A stretch of 64,000 nt of DNA from an uncultured Dorea sp. GTDB taxonomy: Bacteria; Bacillota; Clostridia; Lachnospirales; Lachnospiraceae. A program made the translations under genes and the position numbers. The notes beneath the pieces were generated by a model. The model did no database searches and was not told where the DNA came from. It saw only the letters and a program-made list of their open reading frames with translations. This document shows positions 34,964-43,406 of the stretch, piece by piece. Each line of letters begins with the position of its first letter. Within the stretch, counting starts at the first letter, position 1. The stretch spans positions 510 to 64,509 of the forward strand of contig CAKRAH010000009.1 of the NCBI GenBank assembly GCA_934294775.1, given 5' to 3'.

Positions 34964-36052
34964 ATGATATCTAATCAAATACTTCAAAACACAATTGAAG
35001 GATTGAAAGGGATTACACGAATTGACTTTTGCGTGATGGACACAGATGGTAAATCTCTTGCAAGCACATTTTCAGAACAGGAGAACTATGTAGAGGAGGT
35101 TATCTCCTTTGTTGAATCCCCGGCAGACAGTCAGGTTGTGCAGGGATATCAGTTTTTTAAGATTTTTGATGAGCATCAGCTGGAATATATCCTTCTTGCA
35201 AACGGAGGAAGCGATGATGTATACATGGTAGGCAAGATTGCAGCCTTCCAGATTCAGAATCTTCTGGTCGCATATAAAGAAAGATTTGACAAGGATAACT
35301 TTATTAAAAACCTGTTGTTGGATAACCTGTTGCTGGTAGATATTTACAATCGTGCCAAGAAATTACATATTGACACAGAAGTAAGACGTGTTATCTTTAT
35401 TATCGAGACAAAGCATGAAAAAGATACGAATGCGTTAGACAACGTGCGCAATCTTCTGGGCAACCGTACCAGAGACTTTGTGACAGCCGTTGATGAAAAG
35501 AATATTATCGTAGTAAAAGAGCTTGAGCCGAATGACGGACATGCAGAGCTTGAAAAAATTGCAGGGAACATGTACAACCTGTTGAAAGATGACGGGGAAG
35601 AAGATGTTCTGATCGCATATGGAACTGTAGTAAATGATATCAAAGAAGTATCAAAGTCATACAAAGAGGCAAAGCTTGCGCTTGATGTGGGTAAGATCTT
35701 CTTCAGTGAGCGCAGCGTGATCGCATACAGTGCTTTGGGAATTGGCCGTCTGATCTATCAGCTCCCGATTCCGCTTTGTAAGATGTTCATACGTGAGATT
35801 TTTGAGGGGAAATCGCCGGATGATTTTGATGAGGAGACATTGACAACGATCAATAAATTCTTTGAGAATAATCTGAACGTATCAGAGACATCCAGACAAT
35901 TGTATATACACCGTAATACACTGGTGTACAGACTGGACAAGCTTCAAAAGAGCACCGGTCTGGATCTTCGTGTGTTCGAAGATGCCATTACTTTTAAAAT
36001 CGCACTCATGGTTGTGAAATATATGAAGTATATGGAGTCATTGGAGTATTAA
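34964..36052 (+). CDS. PucR/CdaR-family transcriptional regulator
   Basis: 362 aa. The C-terminal HTH is LNVSETSRQLYIHRNTLVYRLDKLQKSTGLDLR (PucR C-terminal helix-turn-helix). Confidence 0.65.
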   Translation: MISNQILQNTIEGLKGITRIDFCVMDTDGKSLASTFSEQENYVEEVISFVESPADSQVVQGYQFFKIFDEHQLEYILLANGGSDDVYMVGKIAAFQIQNLLVAYKERFDKDNFIKNLLLDNLLLVDIYNRAKKLHIDTEVRRVIFIIETKHEKDTNALDNVRNLLGNRTRDFVTAVDEKNIIVVKELEPNDGHAELEKIAGNMYNLLKDDGEEDVLIAYGTVVNDIKEVSKSYKEAKLALDVGKIFFSERSVIAYSALGIGRLIYQLPIPLCKMFIREIFEGKSPDDFDEETLTTINKFFENNLNVSETSRQLYIHRNTLVYRLDKLQKSTGLDLRVFEDAITFKIALMVVKYMKYMESLEY

Positions 36053-36069
36053 TAATTCAGGAGGAAACT

Positions 36070-36756
36070 ATGATCGAACTAAGAGAAGTAACGAAAGAGT
36101 ACTCAAAAGGGGTTGCAGCCCTGAATGGTGTCAATCTTAAGATTGAACAGGGCGAGTTTGTGTTTATCGTAGGAGACAGCGGTTCTGGTAAGTCTACTTT
36201 GATCAAACTTATTATGAAAGAGCTGGAGCCTACATCTGGAACGATTATTGTAAATGGCAATAACTTAAGCCGTCTGAGACATCGTAAAATACCGATGTAC
36301 AGAAGAAATATCGGCGTAGTGTTCCAGGATTTCCGTCTTTTAAAAGATCGTAATATTTATGAAAATATTGCGTTCGCTCAGAGAGTTACAGAGACACCTG
36401 CAAGAATCATTAAGAAAAAAGTACCGGCTGCATTATCACTGGTTGGTCTTGCTCAGAAGTATAAGGCGTTCCCAAAGGAACTGTCAGGTGGAGAGCAGCA
36501 GAGAGTTGCGATCGCAAGAGCGATTGTCAATGAGCCTGCAATTCTGCTGGCAGATGAGCCGACTGGTAACCTGGATCCGACAAACTCATGGGAAATCATG
36601 AAGCTGTTGGAAGAGGCGAACGAAAGAGGAACGACGGTTCTTGTCGTTACACATAACCAGGAAATCGTAAATGAGATGCAGAAGCGGGTTGTTACAATGA
36701 AAAAGGGTGTCATTGTAAGCGACGAGAAAAAAGGTGGGTATAAGAATGAGAATTAG
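36070..36756 (+). CDS. ftsE: Cell division ATP-binding protein FtsE
   Basis: 228 aa ABC ATPase with GDSGSGKST, LSGGEQQRVAIARA and LLADEPTGNLD, followed by ftsX. Confidence 0.88.
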   Translation: MIELREVTKEYSKGVAALNGVNLKIEQGEFVFIVGDSGSGKSTLIKLIMKELEPTSGTIIVNGNNLSRLRHRKIPMYRRNIGVVFQDFRLLKDRNIYENIAFAQRVTETPARIIKKKVPAALSLVGLAQKYKAFPKELSGGEQQRVAIARAIVNEPAILLADEPTGNLDPTNSWEIMKLLEEANERGTTVLVVTHNQEIVNEMQKRVVTMKKGVIVSDEKKGGYKNEN

Positions 36757-37654
36757 TACATTAGGATATTCGATGAAGCAGGGCGTTAAGAACATCCGCA
36801 GAAACAAGATGTTCTCGATTGCGTCTATTGCAACAATGGCAGCGTGTATCTTCTTGTTCGGATTGTTCTATTCCATTGTAGTCAACTTTAACTACATAGT
36901 TGAGAAAGCAGAGGAAGGTGTGGCAATCACCGTATTCTTCAACGAAGATGCGACTCAGGAGCAAAAAGATGCAATTGGCAAGGTACTTAAGAAAAAAGAT
37001 GGCGTTTTAAAAGTCAACTATGTAAGTGCGGATGAAGCATGGAACAAATTCAAAGATCAGTATTTTGGAGAATCTGCTGATCTTGCAGAAGGATTCAAAA
37101 GCGATAACCCGCTTGCAAATTCGGATAACTATGAGGTATATCTGTCAGATGTATCAAAACAGAAATCTATCGTATCTTATGCAAAATCATTAGAAGGTGT
37201 GCGTAAGGTTAATAAATCAGATGTAGTAGCAAAGACACTTACCAGTGTGAACAAGTTGGTTGGATATGTATCAGTTGCAATTATTGCAATTCTGTTAGCA
37301 GTATCCGTGTTCCTGATCAGCAATACCGTTACTATGGGTATCACCGTACGACGGGAAGAAATTGCGATTATGAAATATATCGGAGCGAAGGACGGATTCG
37401 TCCGTGCGCCATTCGTAATCGAAGGTCTGATCATCGGAGCAGTGGGAGCGGTTATTCCGTTGGTATTATTGTACTTTATGTATGATAAGGCAATTACATA
37501 TATTATGGCAAAATTCAGTCTTCTGAATAATATCGTAGACTTCCTGCCGGTTGCAACCGTATACAGAACATTACTTCCAATCGGAATTATTCTCGGTGTT
37601 GGAATTGGTTTCTTAGGAAGTACTGTCACGATCCGCAAACATCTTAAGGTGTAA
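36746..37654 (+). CDS. ftsX: Cell division permease-like protein FtsX
   Basis: The N-terminus ...GYSMKQGVKNIRRNKMFS, a large extracytoplasmic loop and the C-terminal FtsX/ABC3 permease TMs are present. The start at ATG 36746 is 7 nt after AAAGGTGG. The longest ORF starts at 36734 (GTG). Confidence 0.85.
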   Translation: MRISTLGYSMKQGVKNIRRNKMFSIASIATMAACIFLFGLFYSIVVNFNYIVEKAEEGVAITVFFNEDATQEQKDAIGKVLKKKDGVLKVNYVSADEAWNKFKDQYFGESADLAEGFKSDNPLANSDNYEVYLSDVSKQKSIVSYAKSLEGVRKVNKSDVVAKTLTSVNKLVGYVSVAIIAILLAVSVFLISNTVTMGITVRREEIAIMKYIGAKDGFVRAPFVIEGLIIGAVGAVIPLVLLYFMYDKAITYIMAKFSLLNNIVDFLPVATVYRTLLPIGIILGVGIGFLGSTVTIRKHLKV

Positions 37655-37681
37655 TGGTTCTATCCGGGAAAGGGGCAGTAT

Positions 37682-38881
37682 ATGATTAACAGAAAGAAGA
37701 TGGTAAGTCTTCTGCTTGTCCTGACACTTTGTTCGGGGATGGTTGTGAATGGCTATGCATCCGAGATTGATGACACCAAGAAAAAAGCAGAAGAACTGGA
37801 AAATAAGAAAAAGACTGCAGAAAATGAAAAAGCATCTCTGGCAGAACAGTTAAAACAGCTGACGCAGGAGATGGAAAATACAAAGAAGAAGATTACAGAA
37901 AAAGAAGACGAAATTACAACCAAGGAAGAAGAGCTGGTTCAGGCAAAGATTGATGAAGACGATCAGTATAATAGTATGAAAAAAAGAATCCGCTACATGT
38001 ATGAAAATGGTAATACCGGATTCGTAGAGATTCTCTGTTCGTCAAAGTCCATCGGCGAGTTTCTGAATAATGCAGAGTATATCAGCACGATATCGGGATA
38101 CGACAGAGACATGCTGGTAGAATTCCAGAAAGTAGTAAAGAATGTAGAGGCACAGGAAGCATCTCTGAAAAAGGAATATGACAAACTGCAGACGATGCAG
38201 GATGATTTAATTACAAAGCAGGATAATGTAAGCCAGCTTGTACAGAATAAGCAAAGCGAGATTCAGTCTCTGGACAGTGAGCTTGGTGATACAAAGAACA
38301 AACTGGCACAGCTTCAGGCTGCAGCAGCAGAAGCAGAAAGAAGGCAAAAAGAAGCTGCGGCAGCAGCGGAAGCGGCAAAACAGGCGGCAGCACGGCAGGC
38401 AGCAGCTCAGGCTGCAGCTGCAAAGAAAAGCAGCTGTAGTTCTTCAAGTTCAGGAAGTTCTTCGGGTTCTGCAGGATCTTCGGTAGTGTCTGGTAATGGA
38501 ACATTTGCACATCCTTGTCCTAGTGGGTATATATCCAGTGGTTTCGGATATAGAACACAGCCAATCGCAGGTGCAAGCACGAACCATAAGGGAATTGATT
38601 TTGCAGCAGCTACCGGAACACCGATTTATGCAGCAGCATCCGGAACGGTAGTTTCAGCAGGGTATGCAGGTAATGCAGGAAACCTTCTGGTAATCAATCA
38701 TGGCGGTGGTCTGGCAACGTATTATATGCATTGCAGTAAGATCTATGTCAGTGCCGGACAGAGTGTTACAAAAGGACAGAATGTGGCAGCAGTAGGAACA
38801 ACAGGTAATTCAACAGGACCACATTTACATTTCCAGGTAATGTTAAATGGAACACCGGTGAATCCGGCGAATTATCTGTAA
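37682..38881 (+). CDS. M23-family peptidoglycan endopeptidase with N-terminal coiled-coil (EnvC/PcsB-like FtsEX partner)
   Basis: Signal/anchor, long coiled-coil, Ala/Ser-rich linker, and a C-terminal M23 domain (HKGIDFAA..GTPIYAAASG...GNSTGPHLHFQV). Confidence 0.85.
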   Translation: MINRKKMVSLLLVLTLCSGMVVNGYASEIDDTKKKAEELENKKKTAENEKASLAEQLKQLTQEMENTKKKITEKEDEITTKEEELVQAKIDEDDQYNSMKKRIRYMYENGNTGFVEILCSSKSIGEFLNNAEYISTISGYDRDMLVEFQKVVKNVEAQEASLKKEYDKLQTMQDDLITKQDNVSQLVQNKQSEIQSLDSELGDTKNKLAQLQAAAAEAERRQKEAAAAAEAAKQAAARQAAAQAAAAKKSSCSSSSSGSSSGSAGSSVVSGNGTFAHPCPSGYISSGFGYRTQPIAGASTNHKGIDFAAATGTPIYAAASGTVVSAGYAGNAGNLLVINHGGGLATYYMHCSKIYVSAGQSVTKGQNVAAVGTTGNSTGPHLHFQVMLNGTPVNPANYL

Positions 38882-38904
38882 CAGGTAAGAGGCAGAAAAA
38901 TAGA

Positions 38905-40074
38905 ATGAAAAACAGAAAAAGTTTTTTGAAAGGGGCGCTTTGCGGCGCCCTTGCTATGTTATTAGTGGCAGGACTTGTGTCCTGTGAATTGCGTATAGGG
39001 AGCGGAGATATTACCGCAAAGACAAGTGAGAAGCTGTCAGAACTTCAGAATCTGATTGACAAACATTACATGGGTGATGTGAAAGAAAAGGATCTGGAAG
39101 ATGGCATATACAAAGGATATATCAGCGGATTAAATGATCCGTATTCGGTATATTATAATAAAAAAGAGACAAAAGCACTGTATGAATCAACCGGCGGGGA
39201 ATACGACGGAGTCGGGGCAGTTATGTCCCAGAGCTATGATACCGGAGTGATCACAATCACACAGGTATACAAAGATTCTCCGGCAGAAAAAGCTGGATTA
39301 AAGGACAATGATATCCTTTATAAGGTAAATGGAAAAGAAGTTACCGGAAAGGATCTCAGCAAGGTTGTAAGTAAGATAAAAGGAAAAAAAGGTACAACAG
39401 TCAAGCTTACAGTATTGCGAGGGGAAAATGCAGATGAAGTAACTGTCACGGCAACGAGAGATACCGTACAGGCACAGACGATAGAGTATAAGATGCTGGA
39501 CGATCAGATTGGTTATATTGATGTGTCGGAGTTCGATACCGTTACCTATGACCAGTATAAGAGTGCACTGGAAGACCTGGAAAATCAGGGGATGACAGGA
39601 CTGGTGGTAGATCTTCGTAATAATCCGGGAGGTTCGCTTAAGACAGTATGTGATATGCTGGATCTGATGCTTCCAGAAGGATTGATCGTTTATACTGAAG
39701 ATAAAGACGGCAAGAAGACAGAGATGAAATCAGATGATGAGCATCAGTTTACCAAGCCGATGGCAGTGCTTGTTAATGGCAACAGTGCCAGTGCATCTGA
39801 AATTTACGCAGGCGCGATCCAGGATTACGGTATCGGAAAGATTGTCGGAACACAGACCTATGGAAAAGGTGTGGTGCAGCAGATATTTGATCTGGATGAC
39901 GGAACTGCTGTAAAACTTACAATCGCAAAATATTTTACCCCAAAGGGAAGAAGTATCAACGGAAAAGGCATTACACCGGATACAAAGATTGAGTATGAGC
40001 AGGATGAAAATAATCCGGACACCGATAACCAGCTTGATAAATCGGTAGAAGAAGTAAAGGCACAGATGAAATAG
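38905..40074 (+). CDS. S41-family carboxy-terminal processing peptidase
   Basis: 389 aa. PDZ region (GVITITQVYKDSPAEKAGLKDNDIL) and S41 catalytic region (VLVNGNSASASEIYAGAIQD...GTQTYGKG). Confidence 0.85.
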   Translation: MKNRKSFLKGALCGALAMLLVAGLVSCELRIGSGDITAKTSEKLSELQNLIDKHYMGDVKEKDLEDGIYKGYISGLNDPYSVYYNKKETKALYESTGGEYDGVGAVMSQSYDTGVITITQVYKDSPAEKAGLKDNDILYKVNGKEVTGKDLSKVVSKIKGKKGTTVKLTVLRGENADEVTVTATRDTVQAQTIEYKMLDDQIGYIDVSEFDTVTYDQYKSALEDLENQGMTGLVVDLRNNPGGSLKTVCDMLDLMLPEGLIVYTEDKDGKKTEMKSDDEHQFTKPMAVLVNGNSASASEIYAGAIQDYGIGKIVGTQTYGKGVVQQIFDLDDGTAVKLTIAKYFTPKGRSINGKGITPDTKIEYEQDENNPDTDNQLDKSVEEVKAQMK

Positions 40075-40134
40075 AGACAGAAGAATAAAAGATGACCGTA
40101 AGGCAATGACAATCATACGGATAAAATGAATTGT

Positions 40135-40163
40135 AAAGGGAATGCAGTTTTGCATTCCCTTTT
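40135..40163 (+). terminator. Intrinsic terminator
   Basis: AAAGGGAATGCA-gttt-TGCATTCCCTTT, a perfect 12-bp stem, plus T. Confidence 0.7.
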
Positions 40164-40233
40164 ACTATGCCTTATGGTAAAATAAAAACAATGTAAAAAA
40201 TTAGTTTAACCAGTAAGGTAGGAGGAAGAAACA

Positions 40234-41160
40234 TTGATTAATCAGTTAGTAGCCAACATAAAAAAGACAGGAGCACCAATCGTAGTAGGATTAGATCCGA
40301 TGTTGAATTATATTCCGGAGCACATTCAGAAAAAAGCATTTGCAGAATATGGTGAGACATTAGAGGGTGCTGCAGAAGCAATCTGGCAGTTTAACAAAGA
40401 GATCGTAGACAAGACATATGATCTGATCCCGGCTGTAAAACCACAGATCGCAATGTATGAGCAGTTTGGCCTTCCGGGACTTGCAGCATTTAAAAAGACA
40501 GTAGATTACTGCAAGGAAAAAGGACTGGTAGTAATTGGAGATATCAAACGTGGAGACATAGGCTCAACTTCCGCAGCATATGCCGTAGGACATATCGGAA
40601 AAGTAAAAGTCGGAAGCAAGACATACGCACCATTTGATGAAGATTTTGTAACGGTTAACCCATATCTTGGTTCTGACGGAGTGAATCCGTTTCTGGATGT
40701 ATGTAAGGAAGAAAAGAAAGGTATCTTCGTACTGGTAAAGACATCTAACCCATCCAGCGGTGAATTCCAGGATCAGAAGATTGACGGACGTCCACTGTAT
40801 GAGCTCGTAGGAGAAAAAGTAGCTGCATGGGGCGAAGAAGTCATGGGTGATGAGTACAGTTATGTAGGTGCTGTTGTCGGAGCTACATATCCAGAGATGG
40901 GTAAAGTATTAAGAAAAGTAATGCCAAAGGCATATATCCTGGTTCCAGGTTACGGTGCACAGGGTGGAAAAGGAAAAGATCTAGTACATTTCTTCAATGA
41001 AGACGGACTTGGAGCAATCGTTAACTCTTCCAGAGGAATCATCGCAGCATATAAGCAGGAGCAGTATGCAAAATTTGGAGCAGAGAACTTTGGAGATGCA
41101 TCAAGAGCAGCCGTTGAGACAATGATCGCAGATATTAAAGGAGCTCTCGAGAACAGATAG
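40234..41160 (+). CDS. pyrF: Orotidine 5'-phosphate decarboxylase (type 2, long form)
   Basis: 308 aa with IVVGLDP, GDIKRGDIGSTS, VTVNPYLGSD and VPGYGAQGG. TTG start 8 nt after AGGAGG. Confidence 0.85.
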   Translation: MINQLVANIKKTGAPIVVGLDPMLNYIPEHIQKKAFAEYGETLEGAAEAIWQFNKEIVDKTYDLIPAVKPQIAMYEQFGLPGLAAFKKTVDYCKEKGLVVIGDIKRGDIGSTSAAYAVGHIGKVKVGSKTYAPFDEDFVTVNPYLGSDGVNPFLDVCKEEKKGIFVLVKTSNPSSGEFQDQKIDGRPLYELVGEKVAAWGEEVMGDEYSYVGAVVGATYPEMGKVLRKVMPKAYILVPGYGAQGGKGKDLVHFFNEDGLGAIVNSSRGIIAAYKQEQYAKFGAENFGDASRAAVETMIADIKGALENR

Positions 41161-41292
41161 AGAAAACAAAGGAAGATATCATGCTATGAGCATGTATCTG
41201 TTCTGGACCAGAGAGAAAAGAGATGAAAAGGTTACTGTTTACACAGTGTGTGAACAGTAACAGCAAGAATAAAGTCAGGAGAAAAAAGGAAC

Positions 41293-42075
41293 ATGGAGAG
41301 AAAGAAAGAGCAGGCAAAAGTCCTGTCACAGGAGATGCTTGCAGATGGAATCTACAGTCTGTGGATCGAAACAGAAGCAGCACTTGAGGCAAAGCCGGGA
41401 CAGTTCGTATCTGTATATACAAAAGACGCAAGCAAATTACTTCCGCGTCCGATCAGTATCTGTGAAATCGATAAAGATGCAAAGAAATTAAGACTTGTAT
41501 ACAGAGTAACAGGAGAAAAGACCGGAACAAAACAGTTTTCAGAGCTGAAAGCCGGTGATACCGTTCTGGTGATCGGACCACTGGGAAATGGATTCCCGTA
41601 TGAGAAGGCAGAAGGAAAGAAAGTATTTCTGATGGGCGGAGGAATCGGAGTACCTCCGATCCTGGAGCTTGCAAAACAGATGAAATGTGAAGAAAAGCAG
41701 ATCGTAGTAGGCTACAGAGATGCACATACATTCCTGAAGGAAGAGTTTGAACAGAACGGAAAACTCTATATCTCTACAGAAGACGGAAGCGTCGGAACGA
41801 AGGGAAATGTCATGAATGCAATCCAGGAAAATGCACTGGATGCAGACATGATCTATGCCTGTGGACCGACACCGATGCTTCGTGCAATCAAAGCATATGC
41901 AGAGGAGAAGAAAATCGAGTGCTATATCTCACTGGAAGAGAGAATGGCATGTGGAATCGGAGCCTGTCTGGCGTGTGTGTGCAAGACAAAAGAAAAAGAT
42001 GCACACAGCAATGTGCATAACAAGCGCATCTGCAAGGATGGCCCGGTATTCTTATCTACGGAGGTGGAATTATAA
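41293..42075 (+). CDS. pyrK: Dihydroorotate dehydrogenase B electron-transfer subunit
   Basis: 260 aa with RPISIC, GPLGNGF, GGGIGVPP and the C-terminal 2Fe-2S motif CGIGACLACVC. Confidence 0.88.
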   Translation: MERKKEQAKVLSQEMLADGIYSLWIETEAALEAKPGQFVSVYTKDASKLLPRPISICEIDKDAKKLRLVYRVTGEKTGTKQFSELKAGDTVLVIGPLGNGFPYEKAEGKKVFLMGGGIGVPPILELAKQMKCEEKQIVVGYRDAHTFLKEEFEQNGKLYISTEDGSVGTKGNVMNAIQENALDADMIYACGPTPMLRAIKAYAEEKKIECYISLEERMACGIGACLACVCKTKEKDAHSNVHNKRICKDGPVFLSTEVEL

Positions 42076-42977
42076 TGGATATGAAAGTAAATATCGCCGG
42101 TGTAGAATGGAAGAATCCGGTAACGGTTGCATCCGGAACATTTGGTTCAGGGGAAGAGTTCAGTGATTTTGTAGATCTGAACCGTCTTGGAGCAGTGACT
42201 ACAAAAGGAGTTGCTAATGTACCATGGGCAGGTAATCCGACACCTCGTGTGGCAGAAGTATATGGCGGAATGATGAATGCCATCGGACTTCAGAACCCGG
42301 GAATTGATCTCTTTTGCAAAAGAGATATCCCATTTCTAAAAAAATATGACACAAAGATTATCGTAAATGTCTGCGGTCATGCACCGGAAGAATATCTTGC
42401 GGTAGTAGAAAGACTGGCAGATGAACCGATCGATATGATGGAGATCAACATCTCGTGCCCGAATGTCAATGCGGGATTCCTTGCATTTGGACAGGATGCG
42501 AAGCATGTAGAAGAGCTGACCGCGCAGATTAAGAAAATCGCAAAACAGCCGATTATCATGAAATTGACACCGAACGTAACAGATATTACGGAGATTGCAA
42601 AAGCAGCAGAAGCAGGTGGGGCAGATGCGTTGTCACTGATCAACACGCTGACCGGTATGAAAATTGACATTAACCGTAAGACATTTGCCGTAGCAAATAA
42701 AACCGGTGGTGTATCGGGACCGGCCGTTCATCCAATTGCTGTCCGCATGGTATACCAGACTGCACAGGCGGTTAACATTCCGATCATCGGAATGGGCGGT
42801 ATCGCGACACCGGAAGATGCAATCGAGATGATCCTTGCAGGAGCATCCGCAGTATCTGTCGGAACAGCAAACTTTTATAATCCGAATGCAACTATCGAGA
42901 TCATCGACGGAATCGAAGCCTATATGAAGAAGAACGGATTCGACTCTGTGAAGGATATGGTTGGTATCGTGAAATAA
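42075..42977 (+). CDS. pyrD: Dihydroorotate dehydrogenase B catalytic subunit
   Basis: 300 aa with NPVTVASGTFG, EINISCPNV, LINTL, GGVSGPAV and GMGGI motifs. Confidence 0.9.
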   Translation: MDMKVNIAGVEWKNPVTVASGTFGSGEEFSDFVDLNRLGAVTTKGVANVPWAGNPTPRVAEVYGGMMNAIGLQNPGIDLFCKRDIPFLKKYDTKIIVNVCGHAPEEYLAVVERLADEPIDMMEINISCPNVNAGFLAFGQDAKHVEELTAQIKKIAKQPIIMKLTPNVTDITEIAKAAEAGGADALSLINTLTGMKIDINRKTFAVANKTGGVSGPAVHPIAVRMVYQTAQAVNIPIIGMGGIATPEDAIEMILAGASAVSVGTANFYNPNATIEIIDGIEAYMKKNGFDSVKDMVGIVK

Positions 42978-43023
42978 AAATAATCAAAGTATAAAAAATA
43001 AACAAACGAATATATTAATAATA

Positions 43024-43071
43024 AAAATGCATCAACATGGAAGAAAATTCGCCCATATTGATGCATTTTTC
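43024..43071 (+). terminator. Intrinsic terminator after pyrD
   Basis: AAAATGCATCAA ... TTGATGCATTTT, a 12-bp stem, then TT. Confidence 0.6.
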
Positions 43072-43406
43072 TATTCAAAGCAATAGAATATGACTATTGG
43101 TAAACAATTAACATTGTTTATAAGGATTCATAACAGACAAAACTCTTTTTTATGCATTTGCCAGATACACTCTGGTTCAAGTGTACAAAATAAAATACAT
43201 ATTTTAATGACCATTCGTCAGTTTTGTGTGTAGATTTTGTGAAACCTTTTTGTTATACTGTTAAGCAGTATGACACGGGAGTGGTTAATGTTCGCCGGCA
43301 GCGTGTCTGAAAGATGCCATCTGTAAGGTGCGCAGGAGATAACCACGCATATAACAATATGTGATAGAAATACTAACAGCAGAAATGATAAACGGAGGTT
43401 AATTGA

